From the NCBI GenBank assembly GCA_001784805.1, contig MFSE01000021.1, positions 4,241 through 68,240 on the forward strand: a DNA stretch of 64,000 bases, read 5' to 3'. This document shows, piece by piece, positions 57,420 through 64,000 of the stretch (position 1 is the stretch's first letter; the number at the start of each line of letters is the position of its first letter). A program made the translations under genes and the position numbers. Origin of the DNA: Candidatus Moranbacteria bacterium RIFOXYA12_FULL_35_19. GTDB lineage: Bacteria > Patescibacteriota > Minisyncoccia > Moranbacterales > UBA2206. Below the pieces are notes generated by a model that saw nothing but the letters and a program-made list of their open reading frames with translations, was not told where the DNA came from and searched no databases.

Positions 57420-60400
57420 TTACCAAATATCAACCTTCCCCTCCGGCACAATTATTTTCAAAGCTTTTTCGAGCTCTGTGGTGTTTTGGATGCAGTAGGG
57501 GGTTTCGAGCTTGGATCCGCCAATGGAAAGATATACTTTCATAGCACCTAGTTCGCAACGATCAAATAGGGAGGAGAGATTTTTTAGGATGGCTTTGTCG
57601 AAATTTGGTGGGAGGGTAATAATTAATCTGGAAGATTTATTTGCCCTCTCTTGTCCCGACAAAGTCGGGATATACTCTCCCAAGGGGAGAGGAGGATTTT
57701 GAAGAGATTTTTTTGTAGGCTCACCGCCATTGTTTCTTTGCGTGTGGAGAATTCTTTTGAAATTTTCTAATTCTTGCTGGTTGATTGATTTGGCGCTGTC
57801 GCAAAGCAATTTGAATTCGCCGTCTTTGTCGGAAATTTTTCCCGTGGCTAAAATAATTTTGTCTACTTCCCAGATTGAACCGGTGGCTTCTAGAGTTTTG
57901 GGAAAAATCAAAATTTCCATTTGAGAAGTCGTATCTTCAATGGTGGCAAAAGCCATCATTTTTTGATTTTTGAGATAAATCTTTTTTATTTTGGAAATTA
58001 TTCCGCCGATGGAAACGGTTTGTCCAACCAGTTGAGGATTTATATTTCGAATTGGCACGGCCATTTTTTCTAAATAATCTTGATAATCTCGAACCGGATG
58101 ATCGCTAATATAAAGTCCAAGGAGTTCCTTTTCCCAAGCAAGCTTTTCTTTTTTAGAAGCCTCCACGGAAATCTCCAATTTTATTTCTGGCAATTTCATA
58201 TCTGCTTCTCCAAAAAGACTATTTTGTTTAGTACTTGAAATTTTTTCCAAATTTTTGGAGTGAGCGAGAATGTTTTCAATAGAAGATAAAACGGCATTTC
58301 TTTCGGCCAATTCTTCTAGCGCACCAACTTTTGAGAGAGCCTCAATGGATTTTTTATTCAAATCTTTATGCTTTACTCTTTCAATGAAATTAGTTAGACT
58401 CAAAAATTTTCCGCCTCTTTTTCTTTCTTCGACAATTTCATGAGCGACTGTGTGGCCGACATTTTTTACCGCATTTAATCCAAAGCGGATTTTCCCGCCT
58501 CGCGTCGACTCGCCTCGATCCGACAATCGAGTCGGAGCGGGCGAGCGATCGTCTCCGCGAGTCGAGGCGGGTTTAGTATTATTTTCTTCATTCATGATCA
58601 CGGCAAACTGCTCAAAACTTTCATTGACATTCGGGGACAGAACTTCGATGCCCATTTCTCGACACTCGGCAATTTCAATGGCGACACGATCAATATTGTC
58701 TTGATCAGAAGTGAGAAGCGCGGCCATAAATTCGGCTGGAAAATGCGCTTTCAGATAAGCGGTTTGATAGCCGACTAGCGCATAACACGCGGCATGACTT
58801 CTATTAAACCCATATCCCGCAAAAGGTTCGATGTAGGCAAAAACTTTTTCTCCAATAGTTCCGGCGATGCCTTGTTTCATACAGCCTTCAATGAATTTAT
58901 GTTTTTGCTCGGTAATCAGCGCAAAGATTTTTTTACCCATTGCTTTTCGAAGTACATCGGCTTCACCAAGAGTGAATCCGGCCAAGGCTTGAGCGATTTG
59001 CATCACTTGCTCTTGATAGACTGCCACACCGTAAGTTTTTTCTAAAATCGGTTTCAAATTCGGATGCAAATATTTAATTTCTTTCTCGCCGTGTTTTCTG
59101 GCGATAAAATCCGGAATCCAATCCATAGGACCGGGGCGATATAGCGCTACCATAGCAATAATGTCTTCAAGAACATTGGGCTTCAAGAGTTTTAGATATC
59201 TTTTCATTCCAGAACTTTCTAGTTGAAATACGCCGGTGGTGCGAGCTTCTTGCAAAAGGCGAAAAGTTTTTTTGTCATCCAGTGGTATATCGTCAATGTT
59301 GATTTCTTTTTGGCGAGTTTTTTTTACGATCTTAAGCGTGTTTTGAATAATAGTTAAATTTTTTAGTCCCAAAAAGTCCATTTTCAAAAGGCCAATTTTT
59401 TCCACAAAACTATATTTAGTCGAAGAAGAATATTGCGTCACAGTGCCGTCGCCTTTGCCGGTTATTTTTTGCAACGGAGTATATTCACTCACAGGTTCTT
59501 TGGTGATAACTACTCCGCAAGCATGCATCGAGGCATGACGCACCACACCTTCGAGCCGTCCGGCGCTGTCAATTAATTTTTTTCCTCCCTCATTATTTTT
59601 ATGCAAATCGCTAAATTCTTTGACATTTTCTAAAGCATCGGAAATTGTAGAAAACATCGGAATCATTTTAGCGGTTTTGTCGCAAAAGTCATAAGGCAGA
59701 CCGAGCGCCCGACCAGCGTCGCGGATGGCAGCGCGGGCGGCCATAGTTCCAAAAGTGATGATTTGCGCCACATGATCATTGCCATATTTTTTTCTCACAT
59801 ATTCCAAAACTTCATCTCTTCTGTCATCGGCAAAATCCATATCGACATCAGGCATAGAAATTCTTTCAGGATTCAAAAATCTTTCAAATAGTAAATCGTA
59901 TTTTATCGGATCAATATTAGTGATACCGATGAGATAGGAAACGAAACTTCCGGCAGCGCTACCGCGGCCGGGGCCAACCACGATGCCTTGTTCTTTGGCC
60001 CAATTGACAAAATCTTGCACGATCAAAAAGTAAGAAGCAAAACCAGTTTTTCTAATCACATCTAATTCATATTCCATTCTTTGTTTTTGCTCGGAGTCAA
60101 TATTCTCGCCAAATCTTTTTTTGAGTCCATCTTCGGTAAGACGCCGAAGATAAGTTTCAGCCGTATAACTTTGCGGAACATCAAATTCCGGAAGTTGAGT
60201 CTCCCCAAGTTTTATAGTAAGGTTGCATTTATCCACGATTTCTTGAGTATTAGCCAGTGCTTCGGGAATATTTTTGAAATGCTCGGCCATTTCCTCGGGG
60301 CTTTTGAGATAGAGCTCAAAAGCCATCAAATTCATGCGATTAGTTTCAGTAACTTTTTTGTTAGTCTGAATACACAGTAAAATATCTTGAATTTCATTGT

Positions 60401-61043
60401 CTTCTTTTTTTACATAGTGAATGTCATTGGTAGCGACTAGAGGAATATCTAATTTTTTAGAAATTGCGACAAGGGCATTATTGGCAATACTTTGGTTTTC
60501 AAATTTCGGATGATGTTGGATTTCTAAATAAAAATTACCTTTACCAAAAATTTCTTGATATTCTAGCGCCAACTTTTCTGCTTTTTCAAGATTGCCGGAA
60601 ATGGCGGTGGAAGGAACTTCTCCTTCGGCGCAAGCTGATAGCCCGATTAGTCCTTCAGAATATTTTCGAAGAATTTCTTTGTTGATTCTGGGTTTGTAAT
60701 AGAATCCTTCCAAATGAGCAATGGAAATTAGTTTCATCAAATTCTTATAGCCTTTTTCATTTTTGCAGAGTAAAATCAAATGATAGCGAGTTTTATCTTC
60801 TTGAGTATTATTTTTACTTAGATAATCTCCCGCGGTGAGATACATTTCACAGCCGATAATTGGTTTTATTCCTCGCTCTTTGGCTTTGATATAAAACTCA
60901 ATGGCGCCATAAAGCACGCCATGATCAGTAATGGCGAGAGAATCCATTCCCAATTCTTTGGCACGATCAAGAATGTCATCGACCTTGGCGAGACCGTCTA
61001 ATAGTGAATAGTGAGTATGGACATGGAGGTGGGTGAATTTCAT
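57420..61043 (-). CDS. dnaE: DNA polymerase III alpha subunit with two in-frame palindromic inserts
   Basis: HLHVHTHYSLLDG PHP domain, GPGRGSAAGS, MPDVDMDF, YGFNRSHA. Confidence 0.98.
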   Translation of the reverse strand: MKFTHLHVHTHYSLLDGLAKVDDILDRAKELGMDSLAITDHGVLYGAIEFYIKAKERGIKPIIGCEMYLTAGDYLSKNNTQEDKTRYHLILLCKNEKGYKNLMKLISIAHLEGFYYKPRINKEILRKYSEGLIGLSACAEGEVPSTAISGNLEKAEKLALEYQEIFGKGNFYLEIQHHPKFENQSIANNALVAISKKLDIPLVATNDIHYVKKEDNEIQDILLCIQTNKKVTETNRMNLMAFELYLKSPEEMAEHFKNIPEALANTQEIVDKCNLTIKLGETQLPEFDVPQSYTAETYLRRLTEDGLKKRFGENIDSEQKQRMEYELDVIRKTGFASYFLIVQDFVNWAKEQGIVVGPGRGSAAGSFVSYLIGITNIDPIKYDLLFERFLNPERISMPDVDMDFADDRRDEVLEYVRKKYGNDHVAQIITFGTMAARAAIRDAGRALGLPYDFCDKTAKMIPMFSTISDALENVKEFSDLHKNNEGGKKLIDSAGRLEGVVRHASMHACGVVITKEPVSEYTPLQKITGKGDGTVTQYSSSTKYSFVEKIGLLKMDFLGLKNLTIIQNTLKIVKKTRQKEINIDDIPLDDKKTFRLLQEARTTGVFQLESSGMKRYLKLLKPNVLEDIIAMVALYRPGPMDWIPDFIARKHGEKEIKYLHPNLKPILEKTYGVAVYQEQVMQIAQALAGFTLGEADVLRKAMGKKIFALITEQKHKFIEGCMKQGIAGTIGEKVFAYIEPFAGYGFNRSHAACYALVGYQTAYLKAHFPAEFMAALLTSDQDNIDRVAIEIAECREMGIEVLSPNVNESFEQFAVIMNEENNTKPASTRGDDRSPAPTRLSDRGESTRGGKIRFGLNAVKNVGHTVAHEIVEERKRGGKFLSLTNFIERVKHKDLNKKSIEALSKVGALEELAERNAVLSSIENILAHSKNLEKISSTKQNSLFGEADMKLPEIKLEISVEASKKEKLAWEKELLGLYISDHPVRDYQDYLEKMAVPIRNINPQLVGQTVSIGGIISKIKKIYLKNQKMMAFATIEDTTSQMEILIFPKTLEATGSIWEVDKIILATGKISDKDGEFKLLCDSAKSINQQELENFKRILHTQRNNGGEPTKKSLQNPPLPLGEYIPTLSGQERANKSSRLIITLPPNFDKAILKNLSSLFDRCELGAMKVYLSIGGSKLETPYCIQNTTELEKALKIIVPEGKVDIW

Positions 61044-61047
61044 AATG

Positions 61048-61134
61048 TTTTACGAAATACGAAATAAGCGAAATACGAAACGATTAAACTTCATTTTCGT
61101 ACTTTCGTATTTCGTTCATTTTGTAGTTCGTAAT
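61048..61134. repeat. TACGAA-family inverted repeat immediately upstream of dnaE
   Basis: TTTACGAAATACGAAATAAGCGAAATACGAAA...TTCGTATTTCGTTCATTTTGTAGTTCGTAA. Confidence 0.85.
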
Positions 61135-61334
61135 TTGAGCGAAATAAAAACTGGTTCAAGCTAGTTGATAATCCAGTCGTTTAAAATAAAATAAAGTTTT
61201 GTCATATGATTATGTTCTCCTCATAGCCCGGGTTGCCCCGTTGGGTTTTGCAGGAGAATTAATAGCGATGCATATAGTTTAGCATAAAAATGAAACTTGA
61301 CAAAAAGCTGATGATAATATAAAAATTAAATATG

Positions 61335-61615
61335 TAGAGGGGCTCGTTTTTTGAACCCCATGGCGAAAACTATTTTTTTTTCTGCAGGAGTCCATGCTGA
61401 TGGGCTCCTGCAACAAGGAGGTGTAACATGAAAAGTCGTGGACACCCGGCGGTTTTCACCGCCAACACCAGAAGAGCAGTCTAAGTTGCCAAAGTGGCAG
61501 GATCCCTGAGTCGGCATTGCCCATTCAGGGTTCCTGCTCGCATATTGAGCCTTTAGTAGAAAGTTTCTTGTCTTTTATCCAAAAGACAAGAACAATACTT
61601 GAGGTTCTTTTTTTA
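61335..61615 (+). ncRNA. candidate structured RNA and/or 18-aa sORF locus
   Basis: TTGACA at 61297 with a -10-like box; at least 5 hairpins; AAGGAGGTG-ATG sORF at 61428-61484; no family recognised. Confidence 0.35.
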
Positions 61616-61685
61616 TGGAAAAATAAAAAAAGGGCTTCGCGCGGTTGTTGCGGAAACCCTTTCATGGGTTTTTTGGTGCCCTGTT

Positions 61686-61970
61686 TTAAGGGCACTGGAT
61701 GTTGAATAGTTCGATTTTTTGCGGGAGCATCTCCTTCTTCATAAAAGTCGGAGAAATTAAATATTTTTCCCGTTGAAGATTAAATTCCTTAATATCAGAA
61801 TTTAACTCACATTTTTCTTCCTCGGGAATATCCTTTTGAGCGTTGGTAATTTGTGCCGAAAAGGAATTTAGTTCCTCAAGAATTTTAATTTCAGGATCGT
61901 CGTGATTTTTTCCGCAACCGAAAAGTATTATAGAAATAATGATACCGATAAAAATAACTCTTTTTTTCAT
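61686..61970 (-). CDS. putative lipoprotein
   Basis: MKKR, hydrophobic stretch, LFGC lipobox; AAGGAG upstream. Confidence 0.6.
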   Translation of the reverse strand: MKKRVIFIGIIISIILFGCGKNHDDPEIKILEELNSFSAQITNAQKDIPEEEKCELNSDIKEFNLQREKYLISPTFMKKEMLPQKIELFNIQCP

Positions 61971-62120
61971 TAGAAAACTCCTTTCTTTAGAGATCCGATT
62001 TTCTGATTAGTTTTAAAAAACATGGGAAAGAGTGGAGATAACTGACGAGGCAATTCCATCTCTCATCCGTCTTTCTTAAGATCTCGCGAATTACTACGCA
62101 GAATCCATCTGGTAATGTGA

Positions 62121-62360
62121 TCACTTGATCAATTTCCAGCTTTTTGTTTTTGCTGGAATATATTCTTGACAATCGCCAAGATCAATTCCGCTTTTAATAT
62201 CTCCTCCGATGCGACGAAAAGTTTTTGTAAAAATCTGATTTAACTTCTCGTCCCTTAATGTGCAGTTTACAACGGTCTTTTTTACGGAAAAATATAATAC
62301 AGCCAGAGATTTTCCGTAAAATTTCATTGTTGCGCCTTTATCTATGGAGCCTATAATCAT
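62121..62360 (-). CDS. hypothetical protein
   Basis: ATG with GGGAGG upstream; no motif. Confidence 0.4.
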   Translation of the reverse strand: MIIGSIDKGATMKFYGKSLAVLYFSVKKTVVNCTLRDEKLNQIFTKTFRRIGGDIKSGIDLGDCQEYIPAKTKSWKLIK

Positions 62361-62431
62361 AACGGTTTCCTCCCTAATAGTTTATTGTTAAAAAACTTCC
62401 TCCTATTTTAACTATAGGTTATAATAGAATT

Positions 62432-63091
62432 ATGATTAAAGCAACCTTTAAATTAGAGGAGGAATTTTTAAGCAAAGGATATAAATTTATCATTGGTATT
62501 GATGAAGTGGGGAGAGGACCATTGGCTGGTCCTGTTGTTGCGTGCGCGGCTTCGATTAGGACATCGGATGTCCTCTTTGGACATCCGATGTCCAAAGAAT
62601 TTGAATTGATTCGTGACTCCAAAATGCTTTCGGAAAAGCAGAGGGAAAGCCTGTTTGATTTTATAGCTGAAAATTTTTATGTGGGCGTGGGGATTTGTGA
62701 TCATCGGACAATTGACCGAATAAACATCTTAGAAGCGAGCTTTTTGGCGATGAAGAGCGCGGTTTCGCAACTGAAATCAAAAATAAAAAATTTAGATAAT
62801 TCTAAATTAATAATATTATTAGATGGCAACAAAAAAATTCCCAACTTTTCTTTTGAACAACGGGCGATTGTGAGTGGAGATAAAATTGTAAAATCAATTT
62901 CGGCCGCTTCGATTTATGCCAAAGTGACCCGTGATCGCATGATGGGCGAAATGCATAAAATTTATCCCGAGTATAATTTTGCCCAGCACAAGGGCTATGG
63001 CACAAAAATCCATATGGACGCCCTCAAAAAGCACGGCCCCTGCGAAATCCACCGCAAAAGTTTCCGGCCAGTGAGGAAGTGTATGGTATAA
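62432..63091 (+). CDS. rnhB: ribonuclease HII
   Basis: GIDEVGRGPLAGPV, DSK, LDG, GD..SISAASI.AKVTRD, HKGYGT. Confidence 0.97.
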   Translation: MIKATFKLEEEFLSKGYKFIIGIDEVGRGPLAGPVVACAASIRTSDVLFGHPMSKEFELIRDSKMLSEKQRESLFDFIAENFYVGVGICDHRTIDRINILEASFLAMKSAVSQLKSKIKNLDNSKLIILLDGNKKIPNFSFEQRAIVSGDKIVKSISAASIYAKVTRDRMMGEMHKIYPEYNFAQHKGYGTKIHMDALKKHGPCEIHRKSFRPVRKCMV

Positions 63092-63128
63092 AGTTGATTT
63101 TAGTTAGTATTTGAGATAATATGAAGTT

Positions 63129-64000
63129 ATGAAACACGAAATTCAAAAACTTATTAAAAAAGCAGTAAAAGAGCTTGGCTATAAAATAGACGAGGTTGAA
63201 GTTGACTATCCGAAAGTCGAAAATTTTGGTGATTATACGACGAATGTGGCGATGGTTTTGGCCAAGGGTGCGAAGAAGAATCCAATGGAAATTGCTGAGG
63301 AAATAATTGCTGTCATTGCGAGCGAAGCGAAGCAATCTCATAGTGTTAAGACTAATCTTGCTAAGAATGAGATTGCCACAGTCGCTATGCTCCTTCGCAA
63401 TGACAATAAGCTTTTCGAAAAAGTTGAGGTTGTGAAGCCGGGGTATGTTAATTTCTATCTGTCGAAAAAATATTTGCAAGATAAAGTTCAAGAGATAAAT
63501 AAACTAGAAAATAAATTTGGCGATGGCGAAAAGAAAAAAGAAAAAATAATGGTTGAATATTCCCAGCCGAATACACACAAAGAATTTCATATTGGGCATT
63601 TGCGAAATGTTTTTATTGGAAATTCTTTGGTTAATATTTTAAAGAAAGTTAAAAATAATGTTATTTCGGCTAATTATATTGGCGACACGGGAACGCATAT
63701 TGCTAAGTGTCTTTGGGGGATGGTGAAATTTTATTCAGACGAAAATTTAGACAGTATCAAGAATAAAGCGGAGTTTTTAGGAAAAGCTTATTCGCAGGCG
63801 TCAAAGGCTATCGAAGAAAATTCAGAACTCGAAAAAGAATTTAAGGATTTGCAAAAACAATTTGAAGCAGGCGATAAAAAATTAATTGAAATATGGGAAA
63901 AAACCAAACAATGGTCGTTGGATGAATTCCAAGAAATATACAAAGAATTAGGAGTGGATTTTGATGTTTATTTTTGGGAAAGTGAAGAAGAAAAAGCTGG
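63129..64000 (+). CDS. argS: arginine--tRNA ligase (runs off the window; absent from the ORF track)
   Basis: Hand translation: FGDYTTNVAM, PGYVNF, VEYSQPNTHKEFHIGHLRN, NYIGDTG. Confidence 0.95.
   Translation, partial: MKHEIQKLIKKAVKELGYKIDEVEVDYPKVENFGDYTTNVAMVLAKGAKKNPMEIAEEIIAVIASEAKQSHSVKTNLAKNEIATVAMLLRNDNKLFEKVEVVKPGYVNFYLSKKYLQDKVQEINKLENKFGDGEKKKEKIMVEYSQPNTHKEFHIGHLRNVFIGNSLVNILKKVKNNVISANYIGDTGTHIAKCLWGMVKFYSDENLDSIKNKAEFLGKAYSQASKAIEENSELEKEFKDLQKQFEAGDKKLIEIWEKTKQWSLDEFQEIYKELGVDFDVYFWESEEEKA

Noticed and set aside
58494-58571. Intein or intron in dnaE
   Set aside because: Only 26 codons, no intein C/S...HN termini and no intron core; it matches a dispersed DNA palindrome.
61335-61615. 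tmRNA, RNase P or SRP RNA
   Set aside because: I could not find tRNA-like ends, the RNase P GAGGAAAGTCC core or the SRP domain IV motif; kept only as an unknown candidate.

Overview
Low-GC chromosomal segment of a small-genome bacterium. Gene content and style suggest Patescibacteria/CPR, probably Parcubacteria-like (inference). The backbone is housekeeping: rpoC, ftsK, recA, ndk, rpmB, efp, rpsR-ssb-rpsF, ychF, gap, murD, tRNA-Ala/Ile, secE-nusG-rplK-rplA, a thyA/folA cluster, gatB, miaA/miaB, thrS with a T-box, an RND pump, HU, dnaE, rnhB and argS. It also carries a minimal group 3b-like NiFe hydrogenase locus and two accessory patches (3.6-7.1 kb and 17.5-23.8 kb). The main feature is a complete diversity-generating retroelement (DGR) at 29.35-33.19 kb: a 648-aa target with a C-terminal variable repeat (VR), a template repeat (TR) differing from the VR only at adenines (27/27 mismatches), an Avd-like gene on the opposite strand, and a DGR reverse transcriptase (RT). 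The 5' ends of RT and avd overlap head-to-head across one G(AG)8 tract. As assembled, both ATG-initiated frames reach TAA just after the tract, and adding one repeat unit (or removing two) opens both. This is a candidate phase-variable ON/OFF switch for hypermutation. The second theme is dense palindromic repeats. Degenerate k-mer inverted repeats fill intergenic gaps, one copy encloses a GxxExxY nuclease-like gene inside the hydrogenase operon, and GC-rich hairpins sit in frame in miaA, miaB, thrS, dnaE, rnhB, argS and the RT. All alignments and counts were done by eye.
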